A stretch of DNA of 64,000 nucleotides from positions 45,290-109,289 of the IMG/VR virus record IMGVR_UViG_3300032167_007466. One strand, given 5' to 3'. Under the pieces are notes generated by a model, which saw nothing but the letters and a program-made list of their open reading frames with translations, was not told the origin of the DNA and did not search any database. The position numbers and the translations under genes are program-made. Below are positions 27,357 to 38,473 of the stretch, one piece after another (within the stretch, counting starts at the first letter, position 1; each line of letters opens with the position of its first letter). The stretch comes from a virus (Duplodnaviria > Caudoviricetes).

Positions 27357-28898
27357 AAAACGTGGTTAACTGCACTATTTTGTGTTATTAGGTGTATTTT
27401 ATATCCCGGCACGAAGATATGTGTTGCATCTAAAAACAGAAATCAGGCAAACGAGGTTCTTGAAAAAATAACTACAGACTTTATGGATAAGTCCGATAAT
27501 CTTAAAATGGAAGTTGAAGATTATTCGGTAGGTCAAAACAAGGCTTATATTAATTTTAAAAATGGTTCTTGGATAAAAGTTGTAACAGCTTCAGATTCAG
27601 GACGCTCTGCAAGAGCAAATATTTTGATCACTGATGAATTTAGAATGGTTGATTTAAATGTCATCAACACTGTTCTTAGAAAGTTTTTGACAGCACCAAG
27701 AACACCTAAATTTTTAAACAAAAAAGAATATAGACACATGGCTGAACGCAACAAGGAGATATATATGTCGAGCTGTTGGTTTAAGTCTCATTGGTCTTTT
27801 GAAAAAGCAAAAGCATATTGTGCAAACCTTGTTAATGATACAAAGAAATACTTTATATGCGGTCTTCCATATCAAGTATCCATTAAAGAAGGTTTATTGT
27901 CTCGTGAACAGGTTGAAGATGAAATGTCAGAAGCAGACTTTTCGGAAATGGCTTGGGATATGGAAATGGGATGTTTGTGGTATGGAGATAAAGACGGAAG
28001 CCTTTTCTCTTACGAAGATACTTCAAAGAATCGTATCTTAAAAAGATGTGTGTATCCTACCACTATTTCAAGAATGCTTGCAGACAAATCAGTTAAGATA
28101 CCAGATTTAAAACCAAATGAGCAAAGAATTATATCTACTGACGTTGCGTTGCTGGCATCAAAGAAACAAAACAACGACGCCGCTTCGATATTTATCAACA
28201 GTGCAATACCGACAAACAATCAAAAGTATGTTGGTAATATGATATACACCGAGAACCACGAGGGCTTGAATACTGACGAATTAGCACTAATTATTCGTAG
28301 ATATTATGAGATGTATAAGTGTACATATATCGCTCTTGACGTAAAAGGTATCGGTCTGGGCGTTTACGATTGTTTGATAAAAGATATGTACGACCCATTA
28401 ACAGGTGAAACTTATGGGGCACTGAGTTGTTGTAACGATAAAGTATATGCCGATAGATGTAAGGTTCCGAATGCACCAAAAGTTATTTGGGCAATTCAGG
28501 CAACAGCACAGTTTAATAATGATATGTACTTGTCATTAAGAGAAGGATTACGACAGCACAAAATAAACTTATTGATAAACGAATTCGAGGCAGAAGAAAT
28601 ATTGAGAGATATAAGAGGCTACAACTCTTTAGAATTGAGTAACAAAACTTTATTGCAAATGCCTTATATTCACACTACCCTTTTGGTTAACGAATTGATT
28701 AACCTTGAATATGAAACTAAGGGTGTAAATATTAAAGTATATGAAAAGACCGGAATGCGTAAAGACCGTGTAAGTAGTGTTGGGTATAATTATTGGGTTC
28801 AGTGTCAACTTGAAACCAAGCTTAAAAAGCCCAATGAAAAGAATTTCGACCCATCGAAATTTATAATGTCTAAGCAACCATCTTTGAGAAAATTATAA
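27357..28898 (+). CDS. terL: Terminase large subunit, exon 2
   Basis: Begins KTW; Walker B ILITDEFR; nuclease STDVA..NDA, KDR. Spliced product 586 aa. Confidence 0.9.
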   Translation, partial: KTWLTALFCVIRCILYPGTKICVASKNRNQANEVLEKITTDFMDKSDNLKMEVEDYSVGQNKAYINFKNGSWIKVVTASDSGRSARANILITDEFRMVDLNVINTVLRKFLTAPRTPKFLNKKEYRHMAERNKEIYMSSCWFKSHWSFEKAKAYCANLVNDTKKYFICGLPYQVSIKEGLLSREQVEDEMSEADFSEMAWDMEMGCLWYGDKDGSLFSYEDTSKNRILKRCVYPTTISRMLADKSVKIPDLKPNEQRIISTDVALLASKKQNNDAASIFINSAIPTNNQKYVGNMIYTENHEGLNTDELALIIRRYYEMYKCTYIALDVKGIGLGVYDCLIKDMYDPLTGETYGALSCCNDKVYADRCKVPNAPKVIWAIQATAQFNNDMYLSLREGLRQHKINLLINEFEAEEILRDIRGYNSLELSNKTLLQMPYIHTTLLVNELINLEYETKGVNIKVYEKTGMRKDRVSSVGYNYWVQCQLETKLKKPNEKNFDPSKFIMSKQPSLRKL

Positions 28899-28914
28899 GG
28901 AAGGAGGAAAACAA

Positions 28915-30429
28915 ATGGAAGTAAAAGATTTTACCAAAGAAGAACAAGCAAAACTAATGCAGAAATATGCTCAACTCTCTTTTGCTAATTTGAAGAAAAA
29001 CATCATTCAAGACTTAATCAACAGTCGAAATGAAAGTGTAATTTATAAGAGATATAGCAAAGAGCAAATAGCAAAAATGTTAGAAAATCCACAGAAGCAC
29101 GAAAAAGAACTTCGTGAACTTAGTGGATTTCTTTATTTGGTTTCTGGTCACTATAGACGCCTTATAGATTTCCAAGCAACCATCCTTCTTTATAATTATA
29201 CGGTAACACCTACAAAAATACCTTTGGACAAACCAAAGAAAATAGAATACAAAAAATCATATTATTATGTTGTAAATCAGTGTGAGAAATACAATCTTCG
29301 CCACGAAGGAATAAAGGCGATGAAGATTGCAGCGCGTGACGGCGTTTATTATGGTCTATGTTATGAGTCTGAAGACTCTTTCTATATAAAGCCATTTGAT
29401 AACAGATATGCAAAAATATCTTCTATTGAAGATGGAGTGTTTAGATTTTCAATAGATATGGCTTATTTTTCAAGTAAAGAATATTTGCTTGATATATATG
29501 GGAACGATGTTAAAAAGGCATATGAGTTATGGAAGGGCAATCCCGAAAAAGGAATTGAGGGAGATAAAAACAAGAAATGGTACGAACCAGAAAGTGGAAT
29601 TTGTATAAAAGCGGACGAGTCCGACCCCACTTGCTCTCTTCCTATGTTTACTGGATTGCTTTTAGATATTCTTTCAATAGATGACTATAAATTGTTAAAT
29701 AAGGCGAAAGCAGAAAATGATAATTACAAAGTATTGGCAGCAAAAATGGAAACGGATGATGATGGTGTTCCAAAAATGGATTATGAGACGGCTCAAAAGT
29801 ATTATGGACAAATGAGTCAAAATCTTCCTGAAGGAATTGGACTCCTCCTCTCTCCTTTTGACGTTGATGAATTTTCATTTCAAACATCAACGGCGTCCGA
29901 CAGGAACAATGTTGAAGAAGCAATTAATAACTTCTGGCGTGGTGCGGGCACGACATCAGCATTGTTTGGTGGTGGCGATATATCAGCTTCTGGGTCTATG
30001 ATGTTGTCCGTAAAACCCGACGAGGCAATTGCATTTGCGATACTTCAGCAGTTTGAGAGATTCTTTAATATGAAGATTAAAAAGTTTAATTTGCCTTATG
30101 ACTTTAAATTAAAGTTTTCTCGGCTATCCATTTTTAACCAAGACGAACACGCAAACAGATTATCAAAGGCAGCCACATACGGACTCCCTGTTAAGTTGGA
30201 ATATGCTTCCGCACTCGGTATGTCTCCAAGTGATATTTTGGGCATGACTTATCTCGAAGAAGAGTTGCTTGGCTTGTCAAAGAAATGTTGGCTTACTCCA
30301 CTTGTTTCTTCTAATACACAAAGTTCTGTTGATAATCAAGGCGGACGACCTACAGCAGAAGAGAAGGGCGAAACTCTTGGTGATGCAGGAGAACAGACAA
30401 GAAACATTGATGCAAACGATAATCGTTAG
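28915..30429 (+). CDS. Portal protein
   Basis: 504 aa directly after terL; C-terminal GGRP tail typical of portals. Confidence 0.8.
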   Translation: MEVKDFTKEEQAKLMQKYAQLSFANLKKNIIQDLINSRNESVIYKRYSKEQIAKMLENPQKHEKELRELSGFLYLVSGHYRRLIDFQATILLYNYTVTPTKIPLDKPKKIEYKKSYYYVVNQCEKYNLRHEGIKAMKIAARDGVYYGLCYESEDSFYIKPFDNRYAKISSIEDGVFRFSIDMAYFSSKEYLLDIYGNDVKKAYELWKGNPEKGIEGDKNKKWYEPESGICIKADESDPTCSLPMFTGLLLDILSIDDYKLLNKAKAENDNYKVLAAKMETDDDGVPKMDYETAQKYYGQMSQNLPEGIGLLLSPFDVDEFSFQTSTASDRNNVEEAINNFWRGAGTTSALFGGGDISASGSMMLSVKPDEAIAFAILQQFERFFNMKIKKFNLPYDFKLKFSRLSIFNQDEHANRLSKAATYGLPVKLEYASALGMSPSDILGMTYLEEELLGLSKKCWLTPLVSSNTQSSVDNQGGRPTAEEKGETLGDAGEQTRNIDANDNR

Positions 30430-30442
30430 GTGGTGTGAATAA

Positions 30443-30637
30443 ATGGAGAAAAATTTAATAAAGGTATTCGATTCTAAAAAAGCAGAAGAACTTGCTAATT
30501 TAGGATTTAGATATACATTAGACAGCATAAATGGTCAGTCCATTTATGCTTTTTTTGTTTCTGAGGAACTGTTGAAATACATCAATAGCAACTTTGATTC
30601 AAAAGACTTCTTTTTAGACAACATGCTCCACTTTTAG
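30443..30637 (+). CDS. Small hypothetical protein
   Basis: In operon, RBS. Confidence 0.65.
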   Translation: MEKNLIKVFDSKKAEELANLGFRYTLDSINGQSIYAFFVSEELLKYINSNFDSKDFFLDNMLHF

Positions 30638-30658
30638 CATGAGAAAGGAGGAACTGAA

Positions 30659-32182
30659 ATGGATTTAGAAAAAGTATCGCTATTGTCAAATTTAAAGTTT
30701 TCTTCGTTTGAAAAAATTAATGAGAACTTTTTGAAAGCAAAATGTTATGTAATGGCATTAGGTAAGAATGTAAATAGGTCATATTTTGATAAAGAAAATG
30801 TAGATAAGGCATTTCATACTCTTGCGTATGTACCGGTAATCGGTCACTTAATGGTTGATGATAATGGTGTTTATCATCTCGGCGGGCACGACTACAAGAT
30901 TGATTTGAATGATTTTAAACTAAAAAGTCAGTGTGTGCCATTCGGCGTGGCTCTTCCTGCTGAATCTCCTGTATACGAAGAAGTTAAAAATGACGATGGG
31001 ACAACCTCTACATATTTAACTTGCGAGGTAATTCTTTGGATAGGCAGATATCCTGAATTAGCAGATGCATTCTATGACGAAAACATATTCACTGGTCAAA
31101 GTATGGAAATATTCTATTCAAAGTATGAACCTTTGAAAGATGACCCATCTTACACCAACATTATCGACTTTTCTTTTGATGCGTTGTGTATGCTCCAAAA
31201 GTCTGATGACGATAAGTTTAATGTCGACCCTTGTTTTCCGAAAGCATCTATTGTACCAATTACATATAGCATTGATAAACAAGAATTCTCATCCCTAATG
31301 AATGAGTTAAAAGAAGAATTGAATGGATTCTTTAATAAAAACAATAGTGAAAAAGGAGGTAGCACTTTGGATAAGAAACTTGAAATCCTCCAGAAGTTCA
31401 GCAAGACCATTGAAGATTTAGATTTTTCTATTGAAGATATGTCTGAAGAAGAATTGAGTGCAAAAATGGAAGAACTTTACGGAGAACAGAAAACAGAGCC
31501 TATCGCATTTTCTGCTACATACAGACAGAAACGTGATGCTCTAAACAATGCGTTAGACCCGATTATCGTAAAAGATGATGAGGGTAACTATCTTGAAGAA
31601 ACATACTTCTGGGTAGAAGATTTTGACGATGAGTATGTTTATGTTGAAAAGAGTTATTGGGCTCCTGACAATTACGAATGTACTTATGGCAGATTTACTT
31701 ATACTTTCGATGAAGCAACTCTTACCGCTACAATCACAAGCGAGTTCGAAGAAATGGTTAAGATGTGGCTTACATTGGAAGAAAAAGAGAAAATCGAAAA
31801 AGAAAGACTTGAATACGAAACTAAATATTCAACACTTGAACAGGAGTTCTCTGACTACAAAGCAGAGCACTCTTTTTTAGATTCTGACTTTAATGCTCTT
31901 AAGGAGTATAAAGAAGGAAAAGAGGTTGAAGAACGCAAGAACGCAGAAGATACATTATTCGCTGATTACGAAGAAAAGATTGGCAAAACCGAAGAATTTA
32001 AAACACTTAAATCTCAGTCTGCTAACTATTCGCTTGATGAGCTGAAGAAAGAGTGTCTGTGCATTGTTGGCATGTATTCAATGAATTCATCTAAGGATTC
32101 TCTTAAGTTTTCTATTGAGAAACCCGAAATAAATGATGATGTGCCTTATGGCGGAATTATTGAAAAATATTTAAACAAGTAA
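30659..32182 (+). CDS. Prohead protease/scaffold protein
   Basis: N-terminal NRS..P..GH..QSME domain, acidic coiled-coil C-terminus; synteny. Confidence 0.7.
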   Translation: MDLEKVSLLSNLKFSSFEKINENFLKAKCYVMALGKNVNRSYFDKENVDKAFHTLAYVPVIGHLMVDDNGVYHLGGHDYKIDLNDFKLKSQCVPFGVALPAESPVYEEVKNDDGTTSTYLTCEVILWIGRYPELADAFYDENIFTGQSMEIFYSKYEPLKDDPSYTNIIDFSFDALCMLQKSDDDKFNVDPCFPKASIVPITYSIDKQEFSSLMNELKEELNGFFNKNNSEKGGSTLDKKLEILQKFSKTIEDLDFSIEDMSEEELSAKMEELYGEQKTEPIAFSATYRQKRDALNNALDPIIVKDDEGNYLEETYFWVEDFDDEYVYVEKSYWAPDNYECTYGRFTYTFDEATLTATITSEFEEMVKMWLTLEEKEKIEKERLEYETKYSTLEQEFSDYKAEHSFLDSDFNALKEYKEGKEVEERKNAEDTLFADYEEKIGKTEEFKTLKSQSANYSLDELKKECLCIVGMYSMNSSKDSLKFSIEKPEINDDVPYGGIIEKYLNK

Positions 32183-32203
32183 AGAAAGTGAGGAATTTGA
32201 ATT

Positions 32204-32638
32204 ATGGCAAAAGTTGTTAGATTAGACAATATGGCAGCAACAAAAGTACCTTCTCTTATTAAGAGTGCAAAGTATTTTGTAGACGAAACTGCTACTGCAA
32301 TTGAAAATGGTGAACTCGTAACTGTAGGTGCGTTTGTGGACGGTGAAAGAGAAGTTCATAAAGCTACAGCTCCTGCAACAGGCGATGTAAATGTAGGTAT
32401 CGTTTGCACACCTGAACTTATTTACGACCAGTGTGGTGTTGGCGACACAGATTTGGCTAACTTCACAAATAAAGCTGGCGAAATCATCCGTGTAATGCTT
32501 CTTCAGGCAGGAGATATCTTCTCTATTGCTGGTGAAAATGCTGGCGCAGATAAGACTGTTGGTGACGTTGTAGTTGCTAAGTTTATGGGCACTGAGACTG
32601 CTGGTAGATATACATACAACGTATACGAAGTACAGTAA
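32204..32638 (+). CDS. Head decoration/cement protein
   Basis: Between scaffold and capsid genes; IENG motif. Confidence 0.6.
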   Translation: MAKVVRLDNMAATKVPSLIKSAKYFVDETATAIENGELVTVGAFVDGEREVHKATAPATGDVNVGIVCTPELIYDQCGVGDTDLANFTNKAGEIIRVMLLQAGDIFSIAGENAGADKTVGDVVVAKFMGTETAGRYTYNVYEVQ

Positions 32639-32672
32639 TTAAAAGTTTAAAAGAAAGTGAGGATTACATATT

Positions 32673-33668
32673 ATGGCAGATAAAAATCTTATTAAGATGG
32701 CTGTTGATTCTTACAAAGGTCATATAGCTGGTAACTATTCTGTAGATGACACCAACGAAACATTAAGACAGGCTCTTATTGAAGCAAATGGTGGTTCTAC
32801 AAAGCTTGATTATAGAGCAATTAGAGATGGCAAGTGCAGTGGTGTATTTGCTATCGTTGAGGAAATTATCAACAAGACTGTTATCGAAGGACTTCCTGAG
32901 TCTTGTCCTCTCTTCAACTATGTTGATTACAGAAACGTAGCAGAAGGCGATTCTAACGTATTTGAACTTACAGACGAAGGTCTTTTCATCGTTGCTGACA
33001 TTGCTGAAGGCACACAGGGTCTTCGCAGACAGAGAATGGCTGGTGGCGAAGAAGTTGTTGTTAAGACACAGATTAAGGGCATTAAGATTTACGAAGAACT
33101 TCGTAGAGTTCTTGCTGGTCGTGTTGACTTCAACAAGCTTATCGACAAAGTTGCTGAGTCTTTCCAGAAGAAAATCACTGAGGAAATGTATGGTGCTGTA
33201 GTTGCAACATTTGATGGTCTTGTTGCTCCTTATACAGCAAACGGTACATTTGACGAAGCTAAACTTGCAGAAGTAATTGACCACGTAGAAGCTGCTACAG
33301 GTAAGAAAGCAGCAATCATCGGTTCTAAACAGGCTGTAAGAAAGATTACAGGCGTTAAGGGCGCTGATGCAGATTCTGCAAAAGAAGACCTTTATGCTAT
33401 GGGTTACTATGGTCATTTCTATACAACTCCTATCGTTGTAATGCAGAATGGTCATAAGATCGGTGGCACAGACTTTATCCTTGGTAACGACCTTTACATC
33501 GTTGCTGGTGATGAAAAGTTTATCAAGTTTGTAACTGAAGGCGATACTCTTATCGTTCCCGGAGATATGCTTGGTAACGCAGACCTTTCTCAGGAGTATT
33601 TCATGGCTCAGAGATATGGCGTTAAGGCTGTATTGTCAACTGCATTTGGCGTGTACAAGCTTGCGTAA
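32673..33668 (+). CDS. Major capsid protein
   Basis: 331 aa, strongly biased codon use, synteny, followed by a terminator. Confidence 0.8.
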   Translation: MADKNLIKMAVDSYKGHIAGNYSVDDTNETLRQALIEANGGSTKLDYRAIRDGKCSGVFAIVEEIINKTVIEGLPESCPLFNYVDYRNVAEGDSNVFELTDEGLFIVADIAEGTQGLRRQRMAGGEEVVVKTQIKGIKIYEELRRVLAGRVDFNKLIDKVAESFQKKITEEMYGAVVATFDGLVAPYTANGTFDEAKLAEVIDHVEAATGKKAAIIGSKQAVRKITGVKGADADSAKEDLYAMGYYGHFYTTPIVVMQNGHKIGGTDFILGNDLYIVAGDEKFIKFVTEGDTLIVPGDMLGNADLSQEYFMAQRYGVKAVLSTAFGVYKLA

Positions 33669-33686
33669 GGTAAACAACTATAATTT

Positions 33687-33712
33687 GAGGGCGGATTTAT
33701 ACCGCCCTCTTT
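33687..33712 (+). terminator. Terminator after capsid gene
   Basis: GAGGGCGG-atttata-CCGCCCTC-TTT. Confidence 0.7.
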
Positions 33713-33734
33713 GAATAAAAGGAGATGGAATATA

Positions 33735-34358
33735 ATGGCAAATTTAACAAAAGAACAGAGAGCCGAAAAAGAGGCTATGGAAAGAGCTGAATTAGAAGCG
33801 AAAATCAAAGCAGAACTTGAGGCGGAAATTCGTGCCGAATACGAAGAAAAGTACAAAGATAACAATACTGAAAAGCCTGTAAAAAAAGCTTCAAAAAAGG
33901 TTTCTAAAATCCCCCTCGATATTGAAGTTCCAGTAACTTGTAATGTCGTTGGAGGTGCTACTTATATTGCCAGAAATGGCGATGCTGTAGATTGGGACGA
34001 ATTTGGTGCTTGTGAGTATATGACACTTGGCGAAATTGTTTCTATGAAGAATTCTCAAAGACGTTTCTTTACAGATAATTGGATTATCTTAGAAGATACA
34101 GAAGATTATTCTGCAATTGAGTTATATGAGTTTTTAAAGGTTACAAAGTTTTATGAACATATTTTGACGCCTGATACCATTGACTCAATTTTCGACATGG
34201 ACGATTCTACACTTATTCGCACTCTTTCTAATCTATCTGCCGGAATGAAGGCTACTGTTGCCGCAAGAGCAAAGGTAAAAATTGATGCTAAAGAATGCAC
34301 AGGAAAGACTATTGATGCTCTTGAAACGGCGTTAAATGTGAAATTTAGCATCGACTAA
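33735..34358 (+). CDS. Head-associated hypothetical protein
   Basis: Synteny, AGGAG RBS. Confidence 0.7.
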   Translation: MANLTKEQRAEKEAMERAELEAKIKAELEAEIRAEYEEKYKDNNTEKPVKKASKKVSKIPLDIEVPVTCNVVGGATYIARNGDAVDWDEFGACEYMTLGEIVSMKNSQRRFFTDNWIILEDTEDYSAIELYEFLKVTKFYEHILTPDTIDSIFDMDDSTLIRTLSNLSAGMKATVAARAKVKIDAKECTGKTIDALETALNVKFSID

Positions 34359-34375
34359 TTAAGGAGGTGCTAACC

Positions 34376-34816
34376 ATGAATACAAGTTATGAAACTGTAT
34401 TTAATGAATTCAAAGATAAAATAACTGACCCAGATTTGATTACATTTGCTGAAAGTTTGCAGACAGAAATGCTTGTTGCATATATGAATAAGGCAATTTC
34501 AAGATGTGGTCGTGTCACAAACAAGGTTGTAGATTTATCTCTTCGTGACGATGAACTCATGGAATTCTCGGTAGAGATACCTTATGAAGTAATGGATATT
34601 ATCACCGAATGGATGACAGTGTTTTGGCTACAGCCTTACGTGAACAATCTTGAAAACCTTAGAAACAATCTTTCTACAAAAGACTTTTCAGTATTCTCCC
34701 CCGCCAATCTTCTTGAAAAGGTTGGTAATAGATATGACACTGCTCGAAAACAAGCAAGAAGTCTTACCAATGAATACTCCTATATCATTGCCGATATGAA
34801 GGAGTTGAAATCATGA
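34376..34816 (+). CDS. Putative head-tail adaptor
   Basis: Synteny; KDF..FSPANLL. Confidence 0.6.
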   Translation: MNTSYETVFNEFKDKITDPDLITFAESLQTEMLVAYMNKAISRCGRVTNKVVDLSLRDDELMEFSVEIPYEVMDIITEWMTVFWLQPYVNNLENLRNNLSTKDFSVFSPANLLEKVGNRYDTARKQARSLTNEYSYIIADMKELKS

Positions 34817-35151
34817 TAGAAGTGAAATACGGGGCGTTGCCAAGAGAGAATTTTTGTAAGTATTTTGAGTTTTTGATAAACAAGACGTACAAGATACTTC
34901 CTCTTAAAGAAGAAAAGTCAGACACTCTAAAATCGTATCTCGAAAGTTACCTTAGAGAACTTATCGGGAATAAAGATTTGGTGTCAATCTTGGTTAACGA
35001 GCCAAGATTTATAACTGTGTTGAATACAATGCAGTTTCTTATTTCAGAAGAGTATTCTAATAAGGTTTGCAAACGAGAAGTATTTAAGTGCATTCGTATT
35101 CTCGAAGAGATAAATGAAAAGTATTTTAAGGAGGTTGATTCTAATGGATAG
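34813..35151 (+). CDS. Hypothetical neck-region protein
   Basis: Coupled to its neighbours. Confidence 0.65.
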   Translation: MIEVKYGALPRENFCKYFEFLINKTYKILPLKEEKSDTLKSYLESYLRELIGNKDLVSILVNEPRFITVLNTMQFLISEEYSNKVCKREVFKCIRILEEINEKYFKEVDSNG

Positions 35152-36139
35152 ATATACCGCAAGAATAAACCTGCATGGTACTACTCAACGAGAGCGAATG
35201 GTAAATCGCACGAAAGCGAATTTGCAAAACAAAGTTGTTGATAGTCTGTCGTATAAAACGATTAAACTTAATGGCATAGAAACGCAGTTGGTTATCAACG
35301 AAGGCACACAGCCTTATTATAAAGAATTTGAAAGTATGCCGGGGCAAGAGATAAATATTGGCGACTACATTGAGTGGGCTAATTCTTGGTGGCTTGTTAC
35401 TACTTGTGATTACGACGACGAGTTGTATCGCAATGGTAAACTGCAACAGTGCAATTATCTTTTAAAGTGGCAGAATGAACTTGGTGAAATCATTGAGCGT
35501 CAGGCTGTTATTTTAAGTGCAAGTAAGTACAATGACGGTCTTGCTGAGAGCAATGTAATTTCATTAGGCTCAGATAAACTTTCAATCAATATACCGTTGG
35601 ATGCTGAAGCTCTTAAGCTCAAAAAATCAATGGCTAAAAAGTTCTTTATTGACAACAACAAAGAAGACCCGACAGCGTATTTATTGGCTAATACGGGCAA
35701 TGTTGCTGATACATATAACGGACACGGAATTACTCATTGGATTGTTGAGGAATGTGCCTATACGGCAAGTGAAGATGATTTGAAGTATGGAGTTTGCGAC
35801 TACATCTCCCCTGCTACTCCGCTTGAAAATGACGATGAAACGACAATTCTATCCAATGCTATCACTGGAACTATATCTGGCAATAAAAACCTTAAAGTTG
35901 GTTCTAGTCGTACTTATACAGCCAATTTGGTTGACGAGGACGGTAATGCAGTTGAATGGTCTGATGAATTTAAGTGGAACATTGTGGGCGACATTGAGGT
36001 AGGTTTGACTGAGAATGGCAATCAGGTTAAGTTGCTTGTTGAAGACGAAGATTTGATTGACGAGATGTTCAAACTCACACTTTGTCAGGGCGATAAAATA
36101 CTTGACGAGATTGTTATTACAATCGTAAGTCCGTTTTAG
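35144..36139 (+). CDS. Putative head closure/neck protein
   Basis: Synteny; beta-rich, Ig-like C-terminus. Confidence 0.55.
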   Translation: MDRYTARINLHGTTQRERMVNRTKANLQNKVVDSLSYKTIKLNGIETQLVINEGTQPYYKEFESMPGQEINIGDYIEWANSWWLVTTCDYDDELYRNGKLQQCNYLLKWQNELGEIIERQAVILSASKYNDGLAESNVISLGSDKLSINIPLDAEALKLKKSMAKKFFIDNNKEDPTAYLLANTGNVADTYNGHGITHWIVEECAYTASEDDLKYGVCDYISPATPLENDDETTILSNAITGTISGNKNLKVGSSRTYTANLVDEDGNAVEWSDEFKWNIVGDIEVGLTENGNQVKLLVEDEDLIDEMFKLTLCQGDKILDEIVITIVSPF

Positions 36140-36150
36140 GAGGTGGTCGT

Positions 36151-36678
36151 GTGGCAAACAGTGAAATTATAAATGATTTAAAACAGGCTATTGCCAAAGA
36201 GATGATAAACGACGAATCCTTTTATTATGCAATAAACAGTCCTAAGATATCTTCTGTAGAGGATAGAGACCAGCTTACTGATTATAATATATTCTCGTAT
36301 AATAAAAATCCAGATACTATTACGGATGTAACAACCTTTATCACTCTTCAGGTACACATACCCAAGACTTATGATAAGAATAACACTTGGGTTGTCCCAC
36401 GTTTAGAAATCTGGATTTATTCTCATAACGACCATATGGATGTTGATAATATACCCAAAATATCAGCAAATAGAAATGACTATATATCCATGTTGATAGA
36501 CAAGAAGTTTAATGGTCGTGATACTCTTGGTGGTAGCAAGAATGACAAATACAACTTGCATTTATTTGGTAAGTTAGATTTGGTTCATAATGTTGAGGGT
36601 ACATATTCACCAAAATTCTTATATCGCCAGATGATATTTGAAATGAAAGACCTCAACAAATCTATGTGTGAAGAGTAG
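36151..36678 (+). CDS. Putative tail terminator protein
   Basis: Synteny. Confidence 0.5.
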   Translation: MANSEIINDLKQAIAKEMINDESFYYAINSPKISSVEDRDQLTDYNIFSYNKNPDTITDVTTFITLQVHIPKTYDKNNTWVVPRLEIWIYSHNDHMDVDNIPKISANRNDYISMLIDKKFNGRDTLGGSKNDKYNLHLFGKLDLVHNVEGTYSPKFLYRQMIFEMKDLNKSMCEE

Positions 36679-36685
36679 GTGAAAA

Positions 36686-37591
36686 ATGTTTAAAAAGATT
36701 TTGAATAGGATTTCATCTGCTTTCACAAGTAAAATTGTATTGTCGTTGGAAAATATCATTCTTGGATTGAAAACTATAAACGACAACTTTTCTTCTCTTA
36801 TGAAGTTTTTAATGAAACCACCCGAAGAAGAGAAAGAACTTGTCTGTTTATTTGAAGACAATGACGATACAAAAATATATCGTGGATATAGCGTAAAAAT
36901 AAATGACCATATCACAATCAAACAGCCGTCCGTTGACGAGATAATAGAATACGGCGACAACAAGTATTACGGAATGATATATACTTTATGTTCTGTTGGT
37001 GCCGACTTAAAATGGCAGTTAGATGATATGGGCAAAGATTATACACAGATTGAGGATTATGAACTCTTTTATTCTGTATTGGCGAGAGGTTTTGATGTTG
37101 AAAAAACAAAGATATTGTTTGGAAATGTTATTGATTTCTCAAAAATGCAGTTAATGTATAATAAACAACTTGAAGAAGTTGTGATGGTGCAAGTTTTTGA
37201 GGACGGTAGTTATCTGCAAATTGACAGATATGCCTATACTTGCATTGTTAGTGTGCTTCGTCAGATGCACAAAATCAAAAGAAACGATGAAATGCCAGGT
37301 AACGAAGCAACCAGACAAGTTTTGATTGAGGATGCTCGTGATGAGTATGAACAAAACAAAGGTAAAAAACCGAAAGCCTACCTTCTCCCTTTGATATCAA
37401 CACTGGTTGTAGAGAGTGGTTTTAATCGAGACTTTGTTCTTGGTTTAAATATAAATGCTTTTATGGATGGTATTGGTCGTATAAGTAAAATCAAAAATGC
37501 AGAATTGCTATTGCAAAGTGGTTATTCTGGTTTTGGTGTAGATTTAAAGAAATTAAGTAAAGAAGAAACAAACTGGATGGGAGAGCTTTAA
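36686..37591 (+). CDS. Hypothetical tail-region protein
   Basis: 301 aa in late operon. Confidence 0.7.
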   Translation: MFKKILNRISSAFTSKIVLSLENIILGLKTINDNFSSLMKFLMKPPEEEKELVCLFEDNDDTKIYRGYSVKINDHITIKQPSVDEIIEYGDNKYYGMIYTLCSVGADLKWQLDDMGKDYTQIEDYELFYSVLARGFDVEKTKILFGNVIDFSKMQLMYNKQLEEVVMVQVFEDGSYLQIDRYAYTCIVSVLRQMHKIKRNDEMPGNEATRQVLIEDARDEYEQNKGKKPKAYLLPLISTLVVESGFNRDFVLGLNINAFMDGIGRISKIKNAELLLQSGYSGFGVDLKKLSKEETNWMGEL

Positions 37592-37639
37592 TAAGCCTCT
37601 CTTTTATTTTGTTCTAAAAATAACAAGGAGGAAACTAAT

Positions 37640-38410
37640 ATGGCTATTAATGTTAATGAACTTATTCTTGATAAAGTTCGTGGACTTATCCTTACTGACT
37701 TGGAAGATGGCTCCGTTCTTACTCGTCTAACAAAGCTTGAAGACCCTAAACTTTCAAGTACAGCAGATGGCGAGGAAATTACTGATGCTGTTGGTGCTTT
37801 GATTACAAAACTTTTCAGAGCTAAGAAAGGTAGATTTGAGACTACAAATTCACTCCACAGTATGGATTTGCTTGCGCAGCAGTATGGTACTGAAAAAGAG
37901 GTTGCTTCTACTGACAATAAGATTGTCGCACCTTGCGAAGAAACTCTTACAGTAGAAGGCGGAAAGATCACCCTTTCTCACACACCTTCTAACGATATCA
38001 AGTATATTTACAAACTTGAAAGGGGCACCCTTGCAACAAAGTATGCTCTTGGTACAAGTGCAACCGCTACAGAATTTACAGTGGATGGTAACACAATCAC
38101 AGTTCCTACTGGTGTAACTGGTAAAATTTATGTTGAATACGAATATGAATCTGAAAGTGCTGTTCGTGTTGTTAACAACACTGAGAAATTCCCGAAAGCT
38201 GTTGGTGTTAAGATTTTCGCTATCTTCAGAGACCAGTGTAACGAAAACATCAAGTATGCTGGTGCAGTTGTTGCTAAGAAGGGTAAGATTGATCCGTCTT
38301 CTGTTGATACAACTCTTACAGCCACAGGTAAGCACGGACTTGCGATTGACTTTATGAAGGACTATTGTGACGATGAGGCTGACCTCTTCAGCGTAATCGT
38401 AGCTGAGTAA
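37640..38410 (+). CDS. Major tail protein
   Basis: Thr/Val-rich, highly-expressed codon bias, strong RBS, synteny. Confidence 0.7.
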   Translation: MAINVNELILDKVRGLILTDLEDGSVLTRLTKLEDPKLSSTADGEEITDAVGALITKLFRAKKGRFETTNSLHSMDLLAQQYGTEKEVASTDNKIVAPCEETLTVEGGKITLSHTPSNDIKYIYKLERGTLATKYALGTSATATEFTVDGNTITVPTGVTGKIYVEYEYESESAVRVVNNTEKFPKAVGVKIFAIFRDQCNENIKYAGAVVAKKGKIDPSSVDTTLTATGKHGLAIDFMKDYCDDEADLFSVIVAE

Positions 38411-38473
38411 TTATATTGAATAGGATTGAGGGTATGGTTAATGCTATACCCTCTCTTATATCAAGGAGGATTT

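Noticed and set aside
32763-33455. 230-aa minus-strand ORF, and similar antisense ORFs over late genes such as 37850-38335
   Set aside because: Shadow frames of codon-biased capsid and tail genes; no RBS or recognisable motifs.
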